Assembly: GCF_006345805.1 (NCBI RefSeq)
Contig: NC_042997.1
Location: 138,322,001 to 138,386,000 of the forward strand
Direction of reading: 5' to 3'
DNA length: 64,000 nt
Source of the DNA: Octopus sinensis
Lineage: Eukaryota
Part shown: piece by piece, positions 38,745 to 51,075 of the stretch
Numbering within the stretch: the first letter of the stretch is position 1
How the letters are laid out: every line of letters begins with the position of its first letter
Notes under the pieces: generated by a model
Databases searched by the model: none
What the model was told of the DNA's origin: nothing
The model's input: only the letters and a program-made list of their open reading frames with translations
Program-made: the position numbers and the translations under genes

Positions 38745-39808
38745 CTGTGAATGTATAATTGTATGTATATAAATGTATATCTGAATGTATATTTGTATGT
38801 ATATATGTATCTATATATGTGTATGTATATATATATATATATATTGTATGTATGTATGTATTATCTATATATATTATATATATATTGTATGTATGATCTA
38901 TATATATTATATATATATTGTATGTATGTATGTATTATCTATATATATATTATATATATATTGTATGTATGTATTATCTATATATATATTATATATATAT
39001 TGTATGTATGTATGTATATATATATTATATATATATTGTATGTATGTATATATATATTATATATATATTGTATGTATGTATGTATGTATGTATAATATAT
39101 ATATATATATGTATGTATGTATGTATGTATATATATGTATATATATATATATGATATATATATTGTATGTATGTATGTATGTATGTATGTATTATATATA
39201 TATTGTATGTATGTATATATATATATGATATATATATATTGTATGTATGTATATATATATATGTATATATATTATATATATATTGTATGTATGTATTATA
39301 TATATATGATATATATATATGTATGTATGTATATATATTATATATATATATATATATTGTATGTATGTATATATATATATATATATATTATCTATGATAT
39401 ATATATATTGTATGTATGTATATATATATATATATATTGTATGTATGTATATATATATATATTGTTTTTGTTTTTGTTTTTTTGTTTTTTCCAGTTTCAG
39501 CTCTTGAGCTGTGGCCATGCTGGGGCACCGCCATATATATACATATATATGTTTGTGTGTGTGTGTGTGTCTATACATGTGTGTACATATGTGTATATGT
39601 ATGTGTATATATATGTGTGTATATTTGTGTATATATATATATATAAATGTATGTGTGTATGTGTATATATGTGTGTGCGTATGCATATATGTGTGTATAT
39701 ATATGTATGTGTGTGTATATATATGTATATGTGTGTGTATGTATGTGTCTATGTATGTGTGTGTGTGTGTATATACATGTATTTTGCACACACACACATG
39801 CACACACA
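38745..39808. repeat. Compound (TA)/(TATG)/(TG) microsatellite block
   Basis: Directly visible. It is split by the CR1 tail at 39491-39532 and produces spurious Y/I/V/C/M-rich ORFs. Confidence 0.97.
39491..39532 (-). mobile_element. Isolated CR1 3' tail (about 42 bp)
   Basis: The reverse complement GGCGGTGCCCCAGCATGGCCACAGCTCAAGAGCTGAAACTGG is nearly identical to 1031-1072. It is flanked on both sides by TA-rich arrays. Confidence 0.8.
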
Positions 39809-40950
39809 AAAGTCATGAGACAAACTTCATCTAAATAAATAAGCTAACTCTTGCTATTTGTATTTAACTTAATGATTTGAATTTGTTATTTAACATGCAC
39901 TGAAAACTTTAGATATATTAGGATTTTATATTTTCAAGACATCCACTACATATTAGTGTTGTTCTTTCCCAAGGAAGGCATTCTTAGATTTATATAATTT
40001 CTGTTGTTACAGATCTATTACTGTGAAATTCCTTTTAGTCTTTCCAATTTGAATGCTAGCTTATTACAGCACCTTAAGTGTTATTTTCAAAGCCACTTAT
40101 CGAGTTTAGTTAATAATATTTCCTTTTTAATGGGTTTTTCTTGAGTTGTAACTGTTAAGATTCTTATAAAAATCTCTTTAGTTGATTTCAACTTTTTGAG
40201 ATTTTTTCCAAATAACCATTTTAAGATGTATAACTAATAAAAGGACTGTATTGAGTTTTCATTTTATTTTTCAATGTTTTGAACATTACACTATCTATAC
40301 CTTGCATTCCAGAAGATCTTTTAATATATTTTCATTTGGAAACAAAAAGAAAATTGTTTGCTATCTGGATAAATGACAGAACTATTTTAATATCCTGATA
40401 CTAACTTGAGCTACATATTATGCTCTTCATATATACAAATACCCTAAATCTTTTCTGGTTACATTTTCTGCTTGTTGCTTTTGCAGCGAAATATTTCTAT
40501 TTAGATTTTCTAACTATTGTGTCTTATTATTTTGTCAACATAATTTTTTTTTTTGGACAACTTGTGACATTTTTTTATTTCATTCATCATTTGAATTTAA
40601 TATATAACATACACCCACATATAAATAACACACTTGCATCAAAGTTTATATAAGCCCTGCTTATTCAGTTCTTAGCAGCATTATATTGTCTGTCTATGTG
40701 TTAAATTAGTTGCTGATAAAGCTGGCTGAATTTGAAGGGCAGATCAAGGTGATCAATTAGTTCTGCTCATTGACACTGCTATTGAATGTTTCATCCCTGA
40801 CAAAAATCATTATACATAGTTCATCTGCAAGCCCAGTTGACCTTTATCTGCATAGCACACTTTTATTTCATTTTCTTTTTTGCACCTGAACTTAAAGATA
40901 TTTATATTTGTATTTTTGTTGTGCATGTTTTTAGTTAACTTAGCATGGTG

Positions 40951-40990
<40 letters not shown>

Positions 40991-41463
40991 CACACATACA
41001 TGCATATATACACTAATGATACGAATGTAATAATTAAAGAATGATTATTGCTTAAAGTTTCTCATTTTTAACTCTAATATCTTTTAGTTACCTTAATTTA
41101 TTTTCATTTATCTTTATTTTTTGCTAGAAATTAAAATTTCTTCTCTGTATTAAAACTAGTTTGAAAAGTTTGTATATATATAGAGATGCATCCATCTGAA
41201 TGCTGTGGCTATTTTCAAGGTTACTTCACCGAGTATTTTCTCCCGTTTTGGAACTAAATAAAAACATAAATAAAATTGATTATTCCTTACTGAGGCTAAA
41301 GGGTATAGACCAGAGAATGGTAACATTTGTGATTACCAAATACAGGGATTGTTTATTAATTAAACCTTTAATTACCAATTACTTGAAAATGGTCACATTC
41401 ATTCCTATAGATTATTTGCTACATTGTTGATGTTGCTATGATTGTTCTGTTTGCCAATATCAG

Positions 41464-41513
41464 GTCACATGGAGTTCACCAGCCTGCTCCAAGTTCCTTG
41501 CCCTGAGGATGAG
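41464..41513 (+). CDS. Candidate NDRG upstream exon (ATG 41469, MEFTSLLQVPCPEDE)
   Basis: Acceptor-like ttctgtttgccaatatcAG (41462-41463), ATG at 41469, 15 codons, phase-0 donor GAG|GTTAGC. This is a GC-richer island followed by a T-rich stretch. Confidence 0.45.
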
Positions 41514-42143
41514 GTTAGCTTGCACCCATTTTTTTAGTTTCCTTTCATTCTTCCCCTTTTATTTTGTATTTTGCTTCAACACTGTTATAACCTTATGCTT
41601 TTTTTCTCTGGCTGCTTTTCATATATTTTTCCATTTTCATTTTCACTCTTGCTTACCCTTTCAGTTTTCTCATGAAACATTATTGTTATCCACTGTCTAT
41701 TCCATATCCCTTTGTCCATATGTGGTTTTATTAACCTTTATTCTTTTGTTGCAGTGCCAGCAAAATCTTTTAGGTGGTGGGTCATTTGGTAAATATATAT
41801 ATATATATCAAGCAGGATATGAATATATTGAATAAATAAATGATTTATCAGGAAGTCTACGTTACATCAAAGATAGATTATAGAGACTATTTTATAACTA
41901 AGGTTATTTTAACATTAACATCAGGAATGCTAAGAGTGAATTATATAAGTATGGGATGTATTCTAATATAATGCAGTTATTATTAATCTAAAATGTATGT
42001 AACCACATTTTGAATATGACTGTCAATGGCATTATAAATCAAATAAGCTAGTAGTGAATTAAGTAGTGAAGATAAGAATGTAAGTTTTTTTAAACTGCTT
42101 TACACTGTCAGTTCTTTTCTGTCATGGACTGACACAAGTAGTA

Positions 42144-42148
42144 TATGA

Positions 42149-42215
<67 letters not shown>

Positions 42216-42258
42216 GTATGTATGTATGTATGTATGTATGTATGTATGTATATATATG

Positions 42259-42290
<32 letters not shown>

Positions 42291-42298
42291 TATGTATG

Positions 42299-42344
<46 letters not shown>

Positions 42345-42426
42345 TGTATGTATGTATGTATATATATGTATGTATGTATGTATATGTATGTATATGTATG
42401 TATGTATATGTATGTATGTATGTATG

Positions 42427-42480
<54 letters not shown>

Positions 42481-42950
42481 TGTATGTATATGTGTGTATG
42501 TATATGCATGTATATGTATGTATATGTATGTATGTATGTATGTATATGTGTATGTATATGTATGTGTATGTATATATATGTGTGTGTATATATATATGTG
42601 TATATATATGTGTGTATATATGTGTGTGTATGTGTGTATATATATGTGTGTATATATATACGTGTGTGTATATATGTGTGTATGTATGTATGTATGTGTA
42701 TGTATGTATGTGTATATGTGTATGTATGTATGTGTATGTATGTATGTGTATATGTATGTGTATATATATATGTGTATATGTATATATATATGTATGTGTA
42801 TATATATATGTGTGTATGTATATATATATATATATGTGTGTGTATATATATGTGTATGTATACGTATATATGTATGTATATATATATGTGTGTGTGTGTG
42901 TGTGTATATGTATGTATATATATATGTATGTATGTATATGTCTGTATATA
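42144..42950. repeat. Compound (TG)/(TATG)/(TA) microsatellite block
   Basis: Directly visible. Confidence 0.97.
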
Positions 42951-44258
42951 ATGAGAGTAACCAACTAATTATTATTGAACATGGTTTTGTAGATATCTTA
43001 GGAGTATTCCTACTAGTGCAACTGAAATTTCTAATATATGAACATACTTGCAGAGATTTATGTCCAGATAATCTATTCACCATTGATATTTTGTTGTTGA
43101 TAGGCAGATTCGATTTGTAGTTGTTTGGAAGCCAAAGCAAGTTGATGCTATTAATGTTCCCCATCTTAATATTCATGTAAGAAAAAAGAAAAGAAAAGAA
43201 AAGAAAATCTGTGATCCTAATAGAAAATCCAGTGTATTCTCAATGTAATTAATGGAATATTGTTGATCTGGAAGACTACACTAATATTAAATATCAAACT
43301 GACCTTGACAGCTTTGTAGTTTCAGATATGAAGTGATAGATTTTAAGCAGAGATAATAATTTCCTCTCTTCTCTGTCAAAACTAGTCTTGCGTTTGACAT
43401 AAGGAGCAAGTTTTTTTTTAAAAATATGTTCGCTGTCCTAAGGTGATAGGATTTTGCCTGTAACCTTTAAAATGTTTTCTCAGAGGATTACTTAAGTGAT
43501 GGTAATATTTAATTTGAAGTTGTGAAAGTCAGCAATTATTTTAAACACATAGACATGATAGGCCTTGAGATAAAATTGAGGTTGACCATCAACAATTTTG
43601 ACATTAATGTCTTACTTAGAAAATGAAGGTTATGCATGAGCAAAATGGTGTTTGGGTCAAAATAGTAATGAATCTTTTTCTATGTGGTTTTACCATTTAC
43701 TGTCAGTTGAGCTTATGACAGTTGAGCAACTAAGGGGTTGATGTAGAGAGGTTTATTATCAGCTATCTTAATAGTACAAGCTTGTGCCTATCAGCACTTG
43801 AACAGATTGTTGTTTTGGCACTGGTCAGCCCTGATCAAGTAGATTTATGTTTAATGGCCAGGACCAGTGTGCATTTTTTGCCATATCTAAGACCCATCTT
43901 ATCCATTATGCTGACAGTTACAATGTGTCTCTTTTTTAAAATGGTAGAATATAATTTAAGGGAAGTCTACTTGTTAGTTTTTGTAGATCAAGTAACTGTG
44001 TAAAGATAGGGGTAATGAAATAAAGTGAGAATTAACTTAAAATATAATCGTTTCAATTAATGATTTAGAATGTAAAACCAGTAATCGTGGCAAAATTCAA
44101 TGGCTTGGTAATTTTACCCTTGTCACTGGCATCGAATCTTGAATAGGCTTACACTGATGAACATCATCAGCATAATTGGCATTATAATTCCTTAGATTAA
44201 CTTCAAGGTAAAGGTCAACTGATCTTGTTGCTCTTTATAGATTAATTCATTGTTTGTC

Positions 44259-44392
44259 GCTGTCTGCTGACAGCTTGTTTAATCCTACTTCTGGGTTGAG
44301 TGATTAGATATCCAGACATTAGTTTTACACATTTTAGCAATTTAGCAATCTATAGGAAGAAGATTGATAGGAAGAACAACTGAATATTCATG
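44259..44392 (+). repeat. Diverged direct repeat of about 135 bp, partner at 45366-45501
   Basis: Shared blocks TGTCTGC.GACAGC, GTTGAGTGA, ATCCAGA, TTACACATT, TAGCAATCTATAGGAA and TGATAGGAAGAACA.CTGA. Confidence 0.8.
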
Positions 44393-44727
44393 CAAGTTGT
44401 AACGTGATTGAATAATTGTCATTCATTAACACTTCCACTGAAACTTTTGCTTGGATAATGCTAGGTTTAAGAAGTTTAGGGAAATAGAGTAATATATAGT
44501 CATTTAAAATAGCTCATATTTATATGTCTTAATATTGGTAAAGGACAATTGTTGGTAAATTTAATAATAGTCCTTTTTTAGCACTGACAGTAACTAGAAA
44601 TTAATGAAAGATTCCTGCTGTTTTTAAGTGGATTTCTTCATAGTTTCATTTTATTATTGCATTAACAATATTTCTAATTTAAGGAATATGTGTATTTAAA
44701 TCTTGAAATATCAGAAGTGTAAATCAT

Positions 44728-45045
44728 CACCATCATTGTTGTTTAACATCCGCTTCCCATGCTGGCATGGATTGGACGGTTTGACTGATATCTGGTGGCA
44801 AGCCAGAAGGCTGTACAAGGCTCTAATCTGATCTGGCAAGGTTTCTGCAGCTGAATGCCCTTTTTAACACCAACTACTCTGAGAGTGTAGTGGGTGCTTT
44901 TTACATGTCACCAGCATTAGGGCCAGTCAGGTGGTACTGGCATCAACAACACTTGAATAGTGCTTTTTACATGCCACTGGCATGGGAGCCAGTCAGGCAG
45001 CGCTGGCAATGACCACATTCGAATGGTGCTTTTTACATACCACCA
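44728..45045 (-). mobile_element. RTE-family 3' UTR fragment with three repeat units
   Basis: catcattgttgtttaacatccgcttcccatgctggcatgg..gtgctttttacatg repeated three times. Confidence 0.78.
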
Positions 45046-45514
45046 GAGAATAAAGTAATTTATTGCTATTGACTATTTTAGTTTTGACTGTTTTTATTTT
45101 GTTGTAATTGAAAGAAAGAAAATCTGCCACTGACAGGTTTTATTCCAGTAACTCTATTCTGGACTGTACCACAAACACCATTAGGAAGAAGTAGATTATT
45201 GGCTTATTTTTATGGTTATTAGATCATTTAGTAAATGTTCCGTTAAAAAAACCAAAAAAAAAAACAGACCAATACACTCGAAGAGTGTGTCCCAGCAGCA
45301 CAGTCCCTATGGGCAGTGACTGAAACCAGTCAAAGAAATTACCAAATGATAATTACGAAATATTCTTTGTCTGCCGACAGCATGTACTAATCCCAGTTCT
45401 TTGTTGAGTGACAAGAGATCCAGATATTAGCTTTACACATTGTAGCAAGTTAGCAATCTATAGGAATAAGTTTGATAGGAAGAACAGCTGAGTATCTAAT
45501 GAAGTCCCATTATA

Positions 45515-45690
45515 TCATTTAACATCTATGTTCCATGCTTGCATGGGTTAGGTGGTTTAACAAGGATTTGATGAGTTGAAGGACTGCATTGTGCTCCAGT
45601 GTCTCCTTTGGCATGCTTTCTATGGCTGGATGACCTTCCTAAAGCCAACCATTTTACTGGGTGTTTTTTTTTCATGCTGCTCACACTATT
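45515..45690 (-). mobile_element. RTE-family 3' tail fragment
   Basis: atcatttaacatctatgttccatgcttgcatgggtt..ggctggatgaccttcctaaagccaacc. Confidence 0.65.
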
Positions 45691-47810
45691 GAAGTTACCA
45701 TGTAGCTCACAAGCCAACAAACCCAGGGAGGGAGGATATTGCACCCATGTTAGATGGGGGTTGACGTTTCTAAATATAAAATGATTAGATATAAAATGAT
45801 TAAATATGCTAATGCTTTATTATAGTTTTCAAAGCCTAAAAATAATATGTGCATTTATTTGATTTGTATCAAATTCTGACGGATTTAAGTCCTCTTAATG
45901 TTCAGCCTACATGTAGAAATGTAGTACATCTAACTTTACTGTCTTTTGAAAGCAACCATTTTATGGACACATATTTTAATAAAGTTTAATTACTTAGCTT
46001 TGATTCTAATTGATTCATTAAATTTTAAAATTCAATTTTTAGTGTTTTATGGAAAAATAAATTGAAACTTTTCTTCAAGCTTCTCTTTATAGTAAAATAT
46101 CAATTCTAGCTATAATCCTCTATCAGATTCCTTATTATTTAAGTAACTAATGAGTTATCAGCCTGCTATTTTAACTCTCTAGCTACTCTGTTCTGTTCAT
46201 CTAGTCTATCTCGTTAATCAGCCAAAAAGCTGCACTGATTTAACTCTAATGCCTTTTCAAACTACTAACTTGCTTTTAAACCTAGTATTGACTTCATATG
46301 AAATTTATGATTTTATGAGAGAAAATATATTATTTCAAAATACTTTCAGTGATAACTTCAATTTATTGTAAGTGTTTCTACAATTTCATGGTTTTGGTAC
46401 TAATTTTATGAAAGGTTTGTCACCTTTATATCCTCTGATATGGTTTGTAAATGTCATTTGGTATTTCATTCTTTAATTACACTGTGGTGATGCTGGGGTA
46501 ATGCCTTCATGAGTGTTGGTGATTACATTGATTTTATTGAATTGGGTGGGATGAAGGACACCCTAGACTTGAGTGAGATTATTTGAACTCAGAGCACAAA
46601 GTGACACAATTGAATACCCACTGTGTAGTACTGATTCTGATACCCACCTGCCTTGTCTGTACTTTTTCCAGACACTGTTCTGGTGCAAATATTCAAGTTT
46701 GACAACTGATATTGCATATCTAGGACAACTTTTTTGAGACTATCATTTCGTAAAAGAATATCAGTGTTGCATATGTCAAATATACATAATTGTTTTATGC
46801 AGCATATATTATATAATAGGATCATTCCCTCCTTTATGTAGTGGAGTTTCTATGCTAAAGCTACAAAGGGAAGATTTTGATGCTATTGAATGGCATGCAT
46901 AGTTCAACCATAGTGGATTGCTGATAAAATTTCTTTTATATATATTAATGCATATTGAATTATATATGTATAATCTTTGGTTCAAAGATATACCATTCTG
47001 CACTGTATCATCTAAACTTGTGATATATGCAGAATTTAGAACAAAATGTGTATGCTGAATATCTCTTGTGTTAGCTCAAAATAATATTGAAATGCTAAAG
47101 TCAATTTTATATCTGACTCACATTATGAGACAGCCAGTTTCAAAAATTTACAAAACCTGGTTTAGATAAAGAATGTTTCTCATGCCTTGTCAAAAGAATT
47201 ATTTATGAAGATGGTGATCTGCAGTTATATATATGTAACATTACAAACATCTGCTTGCTTCTTCCCAAAGAAATGGTATATATTGGTCAAACTTTAGTTT
47301 TATGTATCAAGCAATATAATCAAACTTTTGATTTTGTTATGAATAATATTGATTAGAAAATTAGAATTTGTTATTTGAATATTTGGATTATAGTTATTTT
47401 AAAATAGGAACGAATATGATTATGGATTTTATAGTTTAATTTTGACCTAATAAAGAACCTTATGCTAATCTATTAGTAATAAAGATAATGCTGACAGTTT
47501 GGTAAGAAGATAGGAAGTTAATATTTACTGATTCATACAAAATGTGTTGCAATTTTGTTTTCCATTTCTAAAAATTTAATGTAAATTATTGAATGCACTT
47601 TTAATGTTGAAGATTCAGTTTTTGAACTTGAGGAAAGTTAGAACACTATTAAAGTATTTTAAAGTTTAAATGAATTACTTATTGAAAAGAGTGGGTAGAA
47701 ACAATGCCTATCTAAACATGTTTTGATTTTTGCTTCCCTTATGAAATTTACTTGAAATTGCTAATACATATATTCTGTTATTATATAACTTTTATTTTCA
47801 GGGCCGCACA

Positions 47811-47906
47811 ATGGAAAGACTGACTGATATAGAATTGAGTAGTGTCCATGCAACTAAGCCTAAAAGTGCTGGTTTGGTTAACGATGCCACATCAATTGTC
47901 TTGCAG
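47811..47906 (+). CDS. NDRG: NDRG-family protein, first clearly supported coding exon (MERLTDIELSSVHATKPKSAGLVNDATSIVLQ)
   Basis: Acceptor ttttattttcAG at 47800-47801. The exon opens GGC CGC ACA ATG (ATG at 47811), runs 32 codons and ends at a phase-0 donor CAG|GTAGGT (47907). It joins in frame to the 54407 exon. MERLTDIELS resembles NDRG N-termini (MxELxDVQLTE type, from memory). The vertebrate paralog assignment cannot be made. Confidence 0.78.
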
Positions 47907-48076
47907 GTAGGTTTTCATTTACAGTGAAATACTTTTTCTTTAAATTGTCATCTGTATTTGGTTTTTTTACATCAGTCATTCATTTATTATGGTAATTTAC
48001 CACTTAGGAAAGGTTGTGTCTAGTAGGTTTATCATTTAGGTAGATGAGCATCAAGGATAGTTTGACACTTAATTGA

Positions 48077-48390
48077 ATCCATCAATTCATCCATCCATCC
48101 ATCTTTCCTGTCCACTGTTACTGGGAGGGTTGTGGAAGTAAAGTCTCCAGGCACCTCCTCCATAGAATGCTATCAGAAGTAACCATCATTATACTTTCTC
48201 AAATATGACCAACTGAGACTATGGATATTTACCAACTGTCACGTTCTTGGTCCTAGGTCTTTTGCTCAGTTGGCTCAGCTTGAAGAATCCATCTTGTGAG
48301 TTTTTACTACAACATTCTAATCACATGTCCATAGTATTGGAGCTGTGACCTCTCAATGAGAGATTCCTTGATCTCCAAGCTCCTCTGTAG
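48077..48390 (-). mobile_element. Decayed Rex3/Expander-like LINE 3' end with (GATG)n tail
   Basis: Clear similarity to 22266-22630. The (CATC)n run at 48077-48103 is the GATG tail on the minus strand. Confidence 0.65.
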
Positions 48391-49669
48391 ATACTTGTGT
48401 ACATTACTTACCCCTGTATGTGACAATTGGTGCCATTCTCCCTAATTGTGAAAATGTTAAGTGGTTCAGAGGCATCTCTTTCTCTAGATAGGTTTTGGTT
48501 AAGTGATGACATCTTCACTAAAATTTAATCAAAATCTCATCAACTTATAAGTTTTCTTGCTATATACAAAGATGAGCTGTATCCACCTATTTACAGTTCA
48601 GTAGGTTATGATATTGAGTTATGTGGGTCAGTTAGGACTTAATTTTACATGATTTTATTGGTTAAATAAATATGCTTATACATGACCCAAGTCCTGTACA
48701 AGTCCTTTGTACAGGACTTAGTCATTTAATTTTCTTTGAAATTTCTTTACTCTATTTGCAGTTTTAACTCCTTGCTCAAACATTTGGAGTTTGTGTTCTT
48801 GTAATTCATATTTTGTACTCCCCAATGTTTCTTTTGTTCATTTTGTTTTAAGGATTAAGCTAAATTGTCCATTTAATCCTACTCCTTGTTTTGTATTTCT
48901 AATTTTCTTTGTTCAACTTCATTTCTACATCTGAGCCCCTTTGTAACTTCAACATTAAACACATTACACTTGGTTTTCTCCCCCCTCACATTCCTTATCA
49001 AATATCTCACCTCTGCTAACGATTACATTGGTATTGCAGCCTATCTAATACCTGAAAGTAATGATCTTGAGTTACAACTATTTGGACACATGATACTTTT
49101 GTAAATTGTATCACCTACCAGCTGCATTACCTGCATGGTTTGAACTTTGCTCTTACACTTCAGTTCATAAGCTACCAAGTTGTAGGGACACTATTGGAGA
49201 CTGCTTTTAGTGAATCTAGGTCATGTGAGCTTCATAGCACCCACCTCTTTTCAAGGCAGCTGGAAGTTATTTTCATTAAATAATACTCAAGTCCATATCT
49301 ATTGAAGAAATATATTACAGATTTATTTTTCATGTTGGTCATTGAATATTCTATATAGATAGATGAGCAACAAGTTCTGAATCTGGTCTTGAATTCAGAA
49401 CTTCAAGAGTTAAAATACATAAAATCTTGAAGATTTAATTTCAATGCTCATAAAGTATACTTTTAAATTTTGATCTGATAAAGGATTTAATGTCAGAAAC
49501 CATCTAAACTGAAGATAATCTTCACCAGGTTAGTTTAATTAAGCTCTTTTTGATTATCCAGTTTTTTCATTCAGTTCTGTTAACTATGATGTGTTACACT
49601 ATGTTAGAGCTGTTTGTATTTTGTTGTTGTTCCTGGAAAAGAATTAACTTTGTTAAATTTGCTAGCTGA

Positions 49670-49671
49670 TG

Positions 49672-49710
<39 letters not shown>

Positions 49711-49990
49711 TAATTTGTTATTATATATATATATATATATTTATTATTTGTTATTATATATATATATATATATATATTTATTAATTTGTTATTATATATT
49801 ATATATATATATATTTATTAATTTGTTATTATATATATATATATATATATATATTTATTAATTTGTTATTATATATTATATATATATATATATATATTTA
49901 TTAATTTGTTATATATATATATATATATATTAATTTGTTATTATATATATTATATATATAATATATATATATATATTATTAATTTGTTAT

Positions 49991-50028
<38 letters not shown>

Positions 50029-50070
50029 ATATGTTTTATTTATTAATTTGTTATTATATATATATATATA
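49670..50070. repeat. AT minisatellite, unit TTATTAATTTGTTATTA(TA)n
   Basis: About 9 units with a variable (TA)n spacer. Confidence 0.93.
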
Positions 50071-50074
50071 TAAC

Positions 50075-51075
50075 TTTCTTTTCCATAATGTTATTCATTA
50101 AAGCATCCTTCAGTTTTAATAACTGCTTCTATATGAGATCTAAGTTGTCTACATGCTCAAATCAAGTGGTCCTGGTTCATTTTGGACATTATTTTGACTA
50201 TGGTGCCTTTCAAATAATCTTTGACTCATTGACCTCTCTCTCAACAATGCTCCACACATAATAGTCCAATGGATTGAAGTCTGGGGAATTAAGAGGCCAA
50301 ATGTTAGGGGTTATGTGATCATGAAAATTTTCAACCATCCATTCCTGCATTACTTGAGCCTTGTTTGATAGTGTAGAGTTTTGCTGAAACACATATGGCC
50401 TTTCATTGTGTACACTGTCTGTCCAGGGTTTAACAACTGTTTCCAGGACCTCAATGTAGGCAGCACAATGAACTCTAGGGCATTTTGGAAAGAAGTGAGG
50501 AGGTATCACATGCCCTTCATTACTGACAACTCCTAAAACCATGACAGTTGCTGGAAATTTTGTGTGTATAACTTTTGGAGTGTGCAGTTTTGGTTGAAGT
50601 TTTCCTGGCTGAGAAAAACCATATCAAATCTGCTGGATTTTTCAGTTTGTTTAAGATCCTTTTAGATCTGATGTAGTGATTTTCTTTTACTCTTTTTGAC
50701 ATAAATTGACCTTTCCTCATTATATAAGACTATCTGATGTCTTCATGGACAACATTTCTGATTGTTCCTTCTGACACATGGAGATCTTTTGCAATTGACT
50801 TCATGGATATTCTAGGATTCTAATCAATGGCTTGTTGAACTTGCTGGATAAATTCAGGTAGTCTGATAATTTAAGAGTGTTTAGAATACTTTCCATGCTT
50901 TCATACTGGTGATACATTTCCATCTTCAGTCTCTAACTCCTCATGAACTTTGTAGACGAAAGATCTGGCAACTTTTAAAAATCATTTAAAAGACATTTCA
51001 AAATTGCTGTGCTCATCCTTTATAGCCATGATAACAGCATGCCTCTTCATTTCCTGAGTAAGTTGAAGGTCTGCT
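50075..51075 (-). mobile_element. Decayed Tc1/mariner transposon of DD37D (maT-like) type
   Basis: VMVLGVVSNEG..YVFQQN(D)...WPLNSPDFNPLDY has 37 residues between the second catalytic position (here N) and the third D. The N-terminal HTH remnants contain stops. Confidence 0.82.

Noticed and set aside
38751-43176. Long ORFs of 100-358 aa rich in Y/I/V/C/M/H/T (also at 61059-61745)
   Set aside because: They are translations of TA/TG microsatellites, which lack stops in several frames, and have no protein-like content.
44154-44223. TGATGA...CTGA spaced about 70 nt apart, as in a box C/D snoRNA
   Set aside because: There is no convincing terminal stem, C'/D' boxes or recognisable guide, and the TGATGA is part of a local palindrome (CTGATGA-ACA-TCATCAG).
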